A stretch of DNA of 64,000 bases, from the IMG/VR virus record IMGVR_UViG_3300048930_000283, one strand, 5' to 3'. The stretch is from a virus (taxonomy: Duplodnaviria; Heunggongvirae; Uroviricota; Caudoviricetes). This document shows, one piece after another, positions 55,606-64,000 of the stretch (position 1 is its first letter; the number at the start of each line of letters is the position of its first letter). The notes under the pieces were generated by a model that ran no database searches, was not told the origin of the DNA, and saw nothing but the letters and a program-made list of their open reading frames with translations. Both the position numbers and the translations under genes were made by a program.

Positions 55606-55758
55606 ATCGCTTTTCTCCTTGTTTGCGTAAAATATCGTAAATTGCGTTATAGAATGACAAAATAACTTATCACCTACTATTTATCATAGTATAATTGGGT
55701 GTTTAATGCAAATTTTGACTGTAATTTTGACTCTAAATGAAGTTGATCTACTTTCCGA

Positions 55759-56034
55759 CTATACTGATGTTGCGCTCAATACTTGCATAATTATATCTGA
55801 CTCAAATGGTCGTCTACCTATAGGTTTGTATTCATCTGAAATTAGATTCCATGAGAATTGGTTGTCAGTCATTTCGTATGAGTACATGAATTTAAGATAA
55901 TTAGGCCAGATGAAACCTTTTTGATTATACTTCTTAACTAAAATTTCACCGGTGTCACGGTGACAAAATACAGCATAGATCATTGTCTGAAGAATTCTTT
56001 TAATGATTTGGCAGTCAACGCATCTAGTAGGCAT
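55759..56034 (-). CDS. Hypothetical protein (91 aa).
   Basis: First ORF of a densely packed minus-strand run of small accessory genes. Confidence 0.4.
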   Translation of the reverse strand: MPTRCVDCQIIKRILQTMIYAVFCHRDTGEILVKKYNQKGFIWPNYLKFMYSYEMTDNQFSWNLISDEYKPIGRRPFESDIIMQVLSATSV

Positions 56035-56255
56035 AGGTGTTTTTTATCTTCAAAATCACCCTCAATCAACTCACTTCGATAGTAATAAAATAGTTTTAAA
56101 TCTAACGAAAATACGTAGTCTAGCCAACCAGATTCAGATAAGAACATTATCACTCGATCTACTGTTGACTTATTTTTACTTACTACAGGTCTCTTTGACC
56201 TATAAAAATAACAACTACCATCCTTTAGTTTAACGTAGATCTTATTGAGCTTCAC
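55980..56255 (-). CDS. Hypothetical protein (91 aa).
   Basis: As above. Confidence 0.4.
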   Translation of the reverse strand: MKLNKIYVKLKDGSCYFYRSKRPVVSKNKSTVDRVIMFLSESGWLDYVFSLDLKLFYYYRSELIEGDFEDKKHLCLLDALTAKSLKEFFRQ

Positions 56256-56503
56256 TTAGGGGGCCAAAGATTATAAACTAGTTGAGATTTATCTTCGAAG
56301 GCGCTTAGTACTACTGTTAGCATTTCTTCCTTAGTTAATCTAACACAATCAGCCATGCTGCGATAGAAGTTCAAATTCTTCGCTTTTCCGTTTTTATTCA
56401 CCTTAAAGCAAACCACTTTAGTATTCGAACCCATCGGAACTATAGGCATTCCCAACGAACTCCAATAAACAGGACCACCTAAAACACCTGCGTAAAATTT
56501 CAC
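56252..56503 (-). CDS. Hypothetical protein (83 aa).
   Basis: As above. Confidence 0.4.
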   Translation of the reverse strand: MKFYAGVLGGPVYWSSLGMPIVPMGSNTKVVCFKVNKNGKAKNLNFYRSMADCVRLTKEEMLTVVLSAFEDKSQLVYNLWPPK

Positions 56504-56805
56504 TCTAGTTCCTCTGCAGACAATAACAACCTAAATACGGTGGATAACTCCCAATCGTTCTCAATGATGTTGGAAAAACTATCCACTATTTCACCACCCC
56601 AAATCATTTTGAAGAATTCTTTCTCACCATCTATATAGTTTATACCAATAGCATTGATTATATAGGATTTCCCAAATTTATCGCTATTTTGAAGTAGATT
56701 TATGTATCCAAGTGCGGTGTCATACTTTATTAGATATGTCCTCGATGAAACGTTATTGCTAGTAGGTGATAATTCTAGCAAGCACATTGTAGATTTAATT
56801 GTCAC
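56500..56805 (-). CDS. Hypothetical protein (101 aa).
   Basis: As above. Confidence 0.4.
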   Translation of the reverse strand: MTIKSTMCLLELSPTSNNVSSRTYLIKYDTALGYINLLQNSDKFGKSYIINAIGINYIDGEKEFFKMIWGGEIVDSFSNIIENDWELSTVFRLLLSAEELE

Positions 56806-57241
56806 TCAGTTTAACCAGCAGATTTAGATGTTCACTAGCACGTCGAATACTATCGTTAGTCATTTTAGCTTCAACCTTCTCCTGCAGGAGGTTGATTATA
56901 TGATCAACTATTTTATGTGCTGAATCTATTTCTATCCAATGGATCTTATTCTTTGTGCAGAACTTATTGAACTTTTCTATAGTTTCTTTTGAATTACCAC
57001 TAGTTCTACCTTCGGTTGTTTCGACTATGTATTTTGTTAGTTCATCTTCTATATTAGATACCACCGCCATAACTAAGTCATATTGAGGATCAATTTTCTG
57101 ATACGAGATAGTTCCTGGTTTGGATACAATCAACCAGGTACCATGATTAAAAGTTTGTGTTAAGTATTCACTAACCGGCACAAAGTTTCCGTCTGAGTCC
57201 TTCTCATACAATGTTTTAGTATTGTATATTGAGTGGGTCAC
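56795..57241 (-). CDS. Hypothetical protein (148 aa).
   Basis: As above. Confidence 0.45.
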   Translation of the reverse strand: MTHSIYNTKTLYEKDSDGNFVPVSEYLTQTFNHGTWLIVSKPGTISYQKIDPQYDLVMAVVSNIEDELTKYIVETTEGRTSGNSKETIEKFNKFCTKNKIHWIEIDSAHKIVDHIINLLQEKVEAKMTNDSIRRASEHLNLLVKLSDN

Positions 57242-57409
57242 TTTATTCTCCTCAAAAGACGATCATCGATTAAATCTATGTATGGATCATCTTCTTCCAG
57301 ATCAATTTCGTCGTCAAACTCTCGCATAGTAGAGTGCTTTTTCTTACCAGCATTTTTTTGCTCAATTCGATCATCGTCAAAAATGTGTTTATTACTGCGT
57401 TTCTTTGAA

Positions 57410-58006
57410 TCAGACATTTACCGCCAAATCCTCCAGTTTAGAAAAGTTACAAAAAGGTGTGTATTTAATCAATCTGAATACACAATCAGATGCCAAAGGG
57501 TCACTAGAAACCAGGTCAACCCAATTATGTAGGAACTGATGATTCCTATTAAGAAGACAGATTGTTTCAGGAAGAATCTTTTTAGTCTGATATAATTGAA
57601 GCAGAGGCGGAAGGCCACCTCTTCCAGTTTTAGTGTAAAGTTTTTCATTACTTTCAACCTTTTGTGACTTGATTAGATTTTCTAGCAGTGTTAGATCGTG
57701 CTCGACGTTTTCTTTAATCTGTTTTCTATTCTTAATCCATAGAGTATAAACAGACCAAGAATAATTTAGGTCTTGGTGGAGCCAGTTACCTGACTCATAG
57801 ATGAAGTTAGCAAGGCACAGACCTGCCGCTTTTTCCTTTGTTTGTGCCTTGGTTGCAATTCGATCGAAGAATGTCCGGTCGTTTCTCTTTTGGAATGCCT
57901 CAAAAGAAACGCCACGGACCTTTTGGCGATATTTGAATATGTCATATTCAGTTGTGAAGTGAAGATGAAGTGGATGAAACACCAAGAAAACTTCCCAGCC
58001 GTTCAT
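57410..58006 (-). CDS. Hypothetical protein (198 aa).
   Basis: As above. Confidence 0.45.
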   Translation of the reverse strand: MNGWEVFLVFHPLHLHFTTEYDIFKYRQKVRGVSFEAFQKRNDRTFFDRIATKAQTKEKAAGLCLANFIYESGNWLHQDLNYSWSVYTLWIKNRKQIKENVEHDLTLLENLIKSQKVESNEKLYTKTGRGGLPPLLQLYQTKKILPETICLLNRNHQFLHNWVDLVSSDPLASDCVFRLIKYTPFCNFSKLEDLAVNV

Positions 58007-58015
58007 GATTGCATC

Positions 58016-58231
58016 TCATATAGGTAAAACTGCAGTCTTTTTCATTAATCCATCCTCTATGGCGTCCAATCTTATTTTCTCTTTCAGGTTGGACGATACG
58101 ATTTTAGAAATATCAGATGGATCCATATTGTTTTCTTCACAGAAATGTAGTACGGCATCCATATATGATAGTCGTTTTACCTGAACTATTTCTTCAACTT
58201 TTAGTTGGAACGAAGCTTCTGTTAAAAACAT
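58016..58231 (-). CDS. Hypothetical protein (71 aa).
   Basis: As above. Confidence 0.4.
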   Translation of the reverse strand: MFLTEASFQLKVEEIVQVKRLSYMDAVLHFCEENNMDPSDISKIVSSNLKEKIRLDAIEDGLMKKTAVLPI

Positions 58232-58452
58232 TATTTACGGTTCCTGTGGTATTTTTTCGGATCGCACTCTTTAATTGCCATGGCTATCAACCACCCACAG
58301 ATCAAAAAGACAAAAATAGCAGTTAAAACTAATGTGGTTTTTGGGAATAAAACCACAAAAGCAATACCAGAAGCTAATAACGCAGACACCATCAATGTTT
58401 GACTTAACATACCCAAACCAAAGTACCAATCAACTAAGCCTTTTAGTTTCAT
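58231..58452 (-). CDS. Small membrane protein (73 aa; 2 TM).
   Basis: Hydrophobic helices LSQTLMVSALLASGIAFVVLF and LTAIFVFLICGWLIAMAI. Confidence 0.45.
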   Translation of the reverse strand: MKLKGLVDWYFGLGMLSQTLMVSALLASGIAFVVLFPKTTLVLTAIFVFLICGWLIAMAIKECDPKKYHRNRK

Positions 58453-58621
58453 TTCCCATATACCTCAACATATCAAATCTAATAAATGCAACCCGATGGA
58501 AATCTGGTGTTGCCTCAATATACTTAATACCGTCAATTTCCTTGAATACTGGTTCTGACGTAGTGTAATAAGTATCTCCAGATCCTACTGTTTCATATTT
58601 ATGAAATACTGTTTCCTTCAC
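58430..58621 (-). CDS. Hypothetical protein (63 aa).
   Basis: Same dense run. Confidence 0.35.
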   Translation of the reverse strand: MKETVFHKYETVGSGDTYYTTSEPVFKEIDGIKYIEATPDFHRVAFIRFDMLRYMGNETKRLS

Positions 58622-58962
58622 TTTCTACCTCGATAATAATTTAAAATTGAATATTTGTCACTCATACCTTTATACCAATTCCAACCATCTATATCCTCGT
58701 CATGCATTTTGTGTTTTCTAGCAGCATCATCACTATCTAAAAATGTATCTATTTCTTTCGATGTTCTGTTACATTCTGAGTTCAATAAATCTCTGAAAAA
58801 TTCTTGTAGTCCACTTTCTTTATTCTTGTTAAATTCATCGTGAATGAACAAATAGTAATCAAGACCAAATTTAGTTTGAATATGCACTGGGGTTTTCATT
58901 AGCCACCTCTTTTGTAAAGTAAAGATATTTAACTGCCAACACAACCCAAGCAAGGTTGCCAC
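58618..58962 (-). CDS. Hypothetical protein (114 aa).
   Basis: Same dense run. Confidence 0.4.
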   Translation of the reverse strand: MATLLGLCWQLNIFTLQKRWLMKTPVHIQTKFGLDYYLFIHDEFNKNKESGLQEFFRDLLNSECNRTSKEIDTFLDSDDAARKHKMHDEDIDGWNWYKGMSDKYSILNYYRGRK

Positions 58963-59176
58963 CCACTAAAACAGCACCACCCCAAAAACTAAACCACTGG
59001 TCTAGTGCTGGGTAGTAAATTAAGTTCCACAAACCCCACGCAGCAAAAAACATAGTTGTGGGCCAATAGATACCTTTTACCTGCTTATCACGTTTTAGAG
59101 TGATAAAATTCATCCAAGTAAAGTATGCCCCAAACAACTCAAACGAACCATTTACAATATCAAAAACTTGCATCAC
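58871..59176 (-). CDS. Membrane protein (101 aa).
   Basis: Multiple hydrophobic segments. Confidence 0.4.
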   Translation of the reverse strand: MMQVFDIVNGSFELFGAYFTWMNFITLKRDKQVKGIYWPTTMFFAAWGLWNLIYYPALDQWFSFWGGAVLVGGNLAWVVLAVKYLYFTKEVANENPSAYSN

Positions 59177-59454
59177 TTACCTTTCAACATACCCAAAATC
59201 TTATTAGGCTCAATTACCTCCATGAGACTGCTGGACTTCTTTATCGAATACTCAATCTCCTGAAATTCCCACTCATCCACGTTTTTGTAATAGACACCGT
59301 AATATTGAAATGACTTGAGTGCTTTTGTTATATGTGCTCTCAGGATGCCCTTATTAGGGAAAATCTTACTTTTAGTTTCCATATCAGTCAGTGTGATATG
59401 ACTACCTCCAGAAGACACCCACTTTCCCGACGGTTTGTGTAGTATTCTATACAT
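59173..59454 (-). CDS. Hypothetical protein (93 aa).
   Basis: Same dense run. Confidence 0.4.
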   Translation of the reverse strand: MYRILHKPSGKWVSSGGSHITLTDMETKSKIFPNKGILRAHITKALKSFQYYGVYYKNVDEWEFQEIEYSIKKSSSLMEVIEPNKILGMLKGK

Positions 59455-59810
59455 TATGATAACATTATATAGGTAGTGATTAAAGTTGTCAAGTGAATTG
59501 CTTGGTCAAATCCGATGACTACGAAGAAGTTGTGCCGTTCACCTTGACCCCATAATTTGCTGCAGAGTCTACTAGTGAAATAATCAGTCACCCAGTGTGC
59601 CAATGTGTTAATCCAAACCCAAGCAACACCAACCATTAAGGACTCAAACACAAACGGTACCATCACTAAGAATGGTAGTTGATATGTGAGAACGTGCTCA
59701 CTCAATGCTACGTTACTAGTACTTTTTGCTTGAGCAACTCGATCGGATTGCATAATGAAATCTGCAAGGAAGTGCAACCAAATTATAAGCAACAGCATTG
59801 TTAGATTCAT
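59454..59810 (-). CDS. Integral membrane protein (118 aa; DUF3307-like pattern).
   Basis: LHFLADFIMQSD ... multi-TM. The family call is a recollection only. Confidence 0.4.
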   Translation of the reverse strand: MNLTMLLLIIWLHFLADFIMQSDRVAQAKSTSNVALSEHVLTYQLPFLVMVPFVFESLMVGVAWVWINTLAHWVTDYFTSRLCSKLWGQGERHNFFVVIGFDQAIHLTTLITTYIMLS

Positions 59811-60025
59811 TTCACAGCCTCACTAATGTACGTATCACATATTTTGGCTTGCATCATCGAAAACACATCCAAGTATGGCTCTTCAACAAAGAATCGATAA
59901 TCTGGAAGCTGTCTACCATCAAACCGCAAGGATTTATACGCCTTAAGGTGGTTTGTATTCTTTGGATCAAAGTGTTGGTACTTGTTTTGCTGTTCTTTCA
60001 TCAAAATATTAAGAACTTGAGTCAT
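59807..60025 (-). CDS. Hypothetical protein (72 aa).
   Basis: Same dense run. Confidence 0.4.
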   Translation of the reverse strand: MTQVLNILMKEQQNKYQHFDPKNTNHLKAYKSLRFDGRQLPDYRFFVEEPYLDVFSMMQAKICDTYISEAVK

Positions 60026-60221
60026 CTTCTATTTCCTTTATCAGTTTACGAATTTCATTCTCAATTGCTACAGCACCCTCAATCCTGGTCCAGTCGGGGT
60101 TTTGATAACGTGATCGTTCCTGGATGATGTTTCTTTCATACACCTCACCCATCTGCCTTCGAGAAGCAGATGTTCTAGCCAGAAGGATATTTAGAACTTT
60201 AACAACATCCCCTGTATTCAC
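60009..60221 (-). CDS. Hypothetical protein (70 aa).
   Basis: Same dense run. Confidence 0.4.
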   Translation of the reverse strand: MNTGDVVKVLNILLARTSASRRQMGEVYERNIIQERSRYQNPDWTRIEGAVAIENEIRKLIKEIEDDSSS

Positions 60222-61309
60222 TTGTACGTCTCCTGTAGAAGGAATTGGTTGTTAATTGCTTTGAATGAAAAGTCTCTACTAAGACTCTTAAATACGATTC
60301 CTTCTCTAATAGAATTTCTAAGCGACGGTCCTTCCGCAAATTTCAGTAGTTCTGAGACAGACCTAAACGGTAATTTGGTTCTCTCATATAGTACAGGAAC
60401 ATGCTCACCACTAAATCCGAATTCCTTAAGACTCTGAAAGAATTCCACCCTATCCACAGCACTCATGTATTCCTGACGATCAATGTCAAAGATATTGAAT
60501 ACAAATAGTGTTAGGGATGAAAGATTTTCACGGTTACCCTGCACACCAGGCCCCATCAATTCTGCCTGGATGGCAACGTTCCTCGACAGCTTATACATCG
60601 CTTCAGGCAGGTTACTATCATGAACTGCTCGAATGAATGAGTTGTTCTTATTTTCTTCGTTATCCTTCAACCAAAAATTCCTGGAACAGATACCAAAGTC
60701 CTTTTCGTTAAGGAAAGTGGTGCATGAAGACCCATCAAGTTTTAAACTAATCTCAAACTCTTCACCAGAATCGAATGCTTGTTCAATTTCCGAGGTTAGA
60801 TTTTGGCAACGCTCTTCGTCTGTTTTAGGAACAAACGAAGGGAAGTTTCCGTGTGCCTGACCAACCAACTGGGTAGGAACTGGCGGATCCCACTTGGTGA
60901 TATTGAGTGTTTTGGTTAGATCGAAATTGGTGTATTTTTGAACTTCCCACCACTTTTCAGGCAGCAAATCCCAATCAATATCAACACTGCTCATGGGGAC
61001 AATAAGTCCCTGAGAAACTTGACCACGAAGCCTGATGGTACGAAGTCTAAATCCTTCGCCCCCAGGCAACCAATCACGCTGCACATAACACGATTTGCGT
61101 AGAAACTCAAATTCTGGTTTGACTGGGAGGACCGAATCAATTTCAAAATAGACGACGTGGTCTCCGACTAGAAATTCATTTTTCTTAATGACAACCTCCC
61201 AACCATCCACCATGGCGCACTCAATTGCATCCGCACCATTGATTGGTTTGATCTCCGCAATTTTGCGGATTGAGGCTAATTTTCTTTCAGACATTTTATT
61301 TTTCCACAC
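60218..61309 (-). CDS. ATP-dependent polynucleotide (RNA) ligase (363 aa). N-terminal module plus a nucleotidyltransferase domain (DraRnl/Rnl5-like architecture).
   Basis: Motif I KLDGSS (KxDG). Motif IV REGIVFK (EGxV). Preceding N-terminal domain IAEIKPINGADAIECAMVDGWEVVIKKNEF. Confidence 0.6.
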   Translation of the reverse strand: MWKNKMSERKLASIRKIAEIKPINGADAIECAMVDGWEVVIKKNEFLVGDHVVYFEIDSVLPVKPEFEFLRKSCYVQRDWLPGGEGFRLRTIRLRGQVSQGLIVPMSSVDIDWDLLPEKWWEVQKYTNFDLTKTLNITKWDPPVPTQLVGQAHGNFPSFVPKTDEERCQNLTSEIEQAFDSGEEFEISLKLDGSSCTTFLNEKDFGICSRNFWLKDNEENKNNSFIRAVHDSNLPEAMYKLSRNVAIQAELMGPGVQGNRENLSSLTLFVFNIFDIDRQEYMSAVDRVEFFQSLKEFGFSGEHVPVLYERTKLPFRSVSELLKFAEGPSLRNSIREGIVFKSLSRDFSFKAINNQFLLQETYK

Positions 61310-61514
61310 TAACAGAAGGACGAAGTATGATTTGAAACAGAACCATGAGACCCCACATTTGGAGCCAACCCACCTCTTGAATTGCAGGTACAGCAGGAAC
61401 CAAACAGTAATTCCAGAGAAACATTAGCGGGTATGATACCAGTAAATTGATAAAGAATACTGCAGTAAGAAAGATTAAAAACAGACTAATACGATCCGCA
61501 AACGAATATTTCAT
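61296..61514 (-). CDS. Small membrane protein (72 aa).
   Basis: Two hydrophobic helices. Confidence 0.4.
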   Translation of the reverse strand: MKYSFADRISLFLIFLTAVFFINLLVSYPLMFLWNYCLVPAVPAIQEVGWLQMWGLMVLFQIILRPSVSVEK

Positions 61515-62197
61515 TTTATCACCATGGAGTGTTTAAAAGAGATTGAATTACCACATTTACAACGATAACCACGACTGTTGCCTGTTTGGATAATGGTATG
61601 AATCTTTTTACCAACCTTGTATTCTTTACTGCAAGTATTGCAAGAATACACCCACTTAGTTCGTTTTTGAGCACAATTGCTAACATCCATCTGATGGCAG
61701 GTTTTCCCATTTCCACCAAGCAAAAGAAGAGTTCTTTTAAACTCATGACCATGAGGTTTGGCAAATGGATGTATTTTGCGAACTACATGGTGCGCAATTT
61801 CATGTTTGATCGTATTTACGAATTCGATCGGGTTCTCCTTGGCGAGAACCTCATTGAACCCAACCTCAAATGAGCTGTATCTAGCAAACCCAGCACGAGA
61901 ACCACGATTAAAAAATGACACTTTGAGTCCGTCTAGGTCAGTACCGAAAATTCGTTCTGCATCTTTTTTAATCTGCTCGGTTTTAGTGATAACTCGATCT
62001 CGAACAGCATAATCAATCGTAAATTTGGGTTTGCTAACAGGTTTCACTGCATTTTTGTTTCTGCAGGAACCAGTAGCCAGAATTTTATTGATTGTGTTCT
62101 GAACTCGTTCGGGTGTTTTGGCACGAGATACAACCTTACCATCGATCTTGCCTTCGAACATCCCATACTTAACACTAAAATAGACCTGAATACTCAT
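61511..62197 (-). CDS. SprT-like zinc metalloprotease (228 aa) with the N-terminal 'KYGMFEGKIDGKVVSRA' module and a C-terminal zinc ribbon.
   Basis: HEIAHH (HExxH) plus downstream H. C-terminal CNTCSKEY ... CKCGNS. N-terminal module similar to that of the AAA+ ATPase at 39155..40063. Confidence 0.65.
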   Translation of the reverse strand: MSIQVYFSVKYGMFEGKIDGKVVSRAKTPERVQNTINKILATGSCRNKNAVKPVSKPKFTIDYAVRDRVITKTEQIKKDAERIFGTDLDGLKVSFFNRGSRAGFARYSSFEVGFNEVLAKENPIEFVNTIKHEIAHHVVRKIHPFAKPHGHEFKRTLLLLGGNGKTCHQMDVSNCAQKRTKWVYSCNTCSKEYKVGKKIHTIIQTGNSRGYRCKCGNSISFKHSMVIK

Positions 62198-62279
62198 TTC
62201 CTATGCTCAAAATATAACCAATGAATCAATTATATCAGGAAATGAGTATTCCTTGTAAATTATTTGTAATTCGTTGAAT

Positions 62280-63089
62280 TTACTTAATATTTACTAGAGC
62301 TTTGGTGTCTGCAGGCATCACCACAGTGTGAGTTCCTTTACCAGCAAACTCACGCATAGCTTCAATCCGTCGGAGTTCAATCAGTTGATTGGTGATACTG
62401 TTTGCAATGATTTGGTTTGCCTTGGCTTGACCTTCGGACTCTACACGAATTCGTTCTGCTTCAGCTTTGGCAAGTTCAATTTGCTGCTTCTTAGCATTAA
62501 TTTCGTTTTCGACACGAACCTTTGCCTGAATTGAAGCCTCAAGAGCAGGATCAGTTGCTAGATTACGAACAATGACTTTGGTGACAGTGAAGGTACCTTT
62601 ATCATCCCTATCCAAATCTTCCTGGGTCCGATCAAGAATCATTTTCTCCAATTCGGAACGTTTCGTGTGCATTGTGAGTGAGTCAAATTTAGAAACAGAA
62701 TCATATACGGCGCCTCGACCAACTCGCTCAAGAAGAAGATATGCTGGGAATTTGTGTCCTTCTTTATCCACTCCAGTCATGCTAGAATATTTAACCAATA
62801 GTTCAGCTACTTGACCCGGGTTTACACGATAGAAAATCGAAATGTCTAGATCGTTAAGTAACAGGTTGTCTTTTGCTTTTGGCGTTAAGTCGTTAAATTC
62901 AACCTGAGTTTCCTTAATGTCGTAGTGATCAACAGAGGTTAAAACTGCAGCATACCACCCAGGGTTAAGTTCATTCATTTCAACTGTTTTGTTAAAATCA
63001 GTTCGAACACCAACCTCACCTGTTTCAATACGACCACACCCCACAGCAACAACAGATGCAACAGCAATAGCAAGAATAGACTTCTTCAT
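62280..63089 (-). CDS. SPFH/band-7 (prohibitin/HflKC-like) domain lipoprotein (269 aa).
   Basis: Lipobox VAVGCG. SPFH-like core then coiled coil (...EINAKKQQIELAKAEAERIRVESEGQAKANQII...). Confidence 0.7.
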   Translation of the reverse strand: MKKSILAIAVASVVAVGCGRIETGEVGVRTDFNKTVEMNELNPGWYAAVLTSVDHYDIKETQVEFNDLTPKAKDNLLLNDLDISIFYRVNPGQVAELLVKYSSMTGVDKEGHKFPAYLLLERVGRGAVYDSVSKFDSLTMHTKRSELEKMILDRTQEDLDRDDKGTFTVTKVIVRNLATDPALEASIQAKVRVENEINAKKQQIELAKAEAERIRVESEGQAKANQIIANSITNQLIELRRIEAMREFAGKGTHTVVMPADTKALVNIK

Positions 63090-63091
63090 AA

Positions 63092-63274
63092 TTAAACCCC
63101 CGAAATAGTATTCAAAAAATATAGACCAAATAATGCAGCGCCACTTAATAGGGCAGAAAAAAGAATCTTAAGTCCAAAATCCTTCACCACCTTCTTTCCT
63201 CGCCAGGTTAGAATGTATAACCAAGCAAAGACACCAGCGTTGATAAGACCCCAAATCAAGAAAAACCGAATCAT
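63092..63274 (-). CDS. Small two-TM membrane protein (60 aa).
   Basis: FFLIWGLINAGVFAWLYILTW ... ILFSALLSGAALFGLYFL. Confidence 0.45.
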   Translation of the reverse strand: MIRFFLIWGLINAGVFAWLYILTWRGKKVVKDFGLKILFSALLSGAALFGLYFLNTISGV

Positions 63275-63285
63275 AGTGTATCTCC

Positions 63286-63741
63286 TTACTTAATCACCCT
63301 CGTTTTACCATTGTTATCTACTAATTTGACAACATCACCAACATTGAATACTGTCCCATCATCATCTTGAACAAGCACATACCTACTGCGATTCTCAGTC
63401 AGTACAGTTAATTCAACACCAGCACGAGAATTCATGTTCTTTTCGATTGCTGAGGACGCCGCCCACCCAAGCATGGCACCCAACAGAGCGCCGTAAGTTC
63501 TACCTGATCCCTTACCTATGGTGTTATACCCAGCAGCACCACCAAGAAGCACTCCGGTACCAGAACCGATACCAGAGGTGTCACCCTCAATCTCAACCTT
63601 CCGAACAGATTCCACTCTAGCCATAGTCACATAGCTACGTGAGCCCACAACTCGCTCAGCGTAAGTATTAGGTTTGAATGTATTACCTCCACAACCCACC
63701 AACCCAATGCTAATCATAGCTGCGATTAGTACTTTCCGCAT
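63286..63741 (-). CDS. Glycine-zipper outer-membrane-type lipoprotein (SlyB/Pcp-like; 151 aa).
   Basis: Lipobox LVGCGG. Glycine-zipper GSGTGVLLGGAAGYNTIGKGSGRTYGALLGAMLGWAAS. Confidence 0.55.
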   Translation of the reverse strand: MRKVLIAAMISIGLVGCGGNTFKPNTYAERVVGSRSYVTMARVESVRKVEIEGDTSGIGSGTGVLLGGAAGYNTIGKGSGRTYGALLGAMLGWAASSAIEKNMNSRAGVELTVLTENRSRYVLVQDDDGTVFNVGDVVKLVDNNGKTRVIK

Positions 63742-63947
63742 TTTAGCCCTTTCATTGTCGTTTCGTGTTCAATCAAAGTAAGCACACCCGTTCGGTATGC
63801 ATGAGTATCAATCATGAGATGATTTGTCACTTTGTCAGAGTTTATAAATTGGGGTTTCTTCACTGGATTGTGCCCCACGTAAGTAATCCGAAAGTTCTGG
63901 TCGTAATCTGTACCGTTATAATCCACATTTTCGGATGACTTTACCAA
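63726..63947 (-). CDS. Hypothetical protein (73 aa).
   Basis: Complete ORF at the window edge. Confidence 0.4.
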   Translation of the reverse strand: MVKSSENVDYNGTDYDQNFRITYVGHNPVKKPQFINSDKVTNHLMIDTHAYRTGVLTLIEHETTMKGLKCGKY

Positions 63948-64000
63948 ACTGAGATCACGTAAGTGACGGAGAAGATTACGATTCCATACAAACTCATCCA

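Overview
This window is a segment of a T4-like (T4-core myovirus) phage genome with low GC (about 38%). Almost everything is on the minus strand and is collinear with the T4 late/structural region. Identifications rest on motif-level matches to T4 proteins as I remember them and on gene order; no database search was possible. Coordinates I derived myself (promoters, terminators, repeats, sub-ORF boundaries) are approximate to within 1-2 nt. No tRNA, CRISPR array, integrase or host gene was recognised, so this looks like a lytic-phage segment. Reading left to right, the minus-strand gene order is: gp23 major capsid, gp22 scaffold, gp21 prohead protease, the prohead-core gene positions, gp20 portal, gp19 tail tube, a GIY-YIG homing endonuclease, gp18 sheath, gp17 large terminase (fractured), gp16, gp15, gp14, gp13, a possible lysis-like cluster, a block of large baseplate/fibre proteins, a gp7-like protein, gp6 and gp25. 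An accessory island at about 35.0-43.3 kb follows, then gp5, a gp27-like gene, gp53 and a gp48/54-like gene. On the plus strand come gp4, an HNH homing endonuclease (minus), a second gp48/54-like gene and the gp29 tape measure. The minus strand then resumes with the gp32 ssDNA-binding protein and a second accessory region holding an RNA ligase, a SprT-like protease and an SPFH lipoprotein. The main findings are these. (1) The large terminase gene is fractured at its Walker-A GK|T site by an atypically split mini-intein whose halves flank a free-standing Vsr-like (EDxHD-type) homing endonuclease. (2) A translationally coupled tandem array of about 13 diverged small paralogous genes shares a C-terminal DALxFKLRW-type motif. 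(3) A higher-GC AAA+ ATPase shares a roughly 40-aa N-terminal module with a SprT-like metalloprotease and a third protein. (4) Two tandem beta-helix (hexapeptide-repeat) paralogs have 122-bp identical 5' ends. (5) A roughly 65-nt 5'-UTR element recurs in front of three accessory genes. (6) Three different homing-endonuclease families (GIY-YIG, HNH, Vsr-like) occur in one window.
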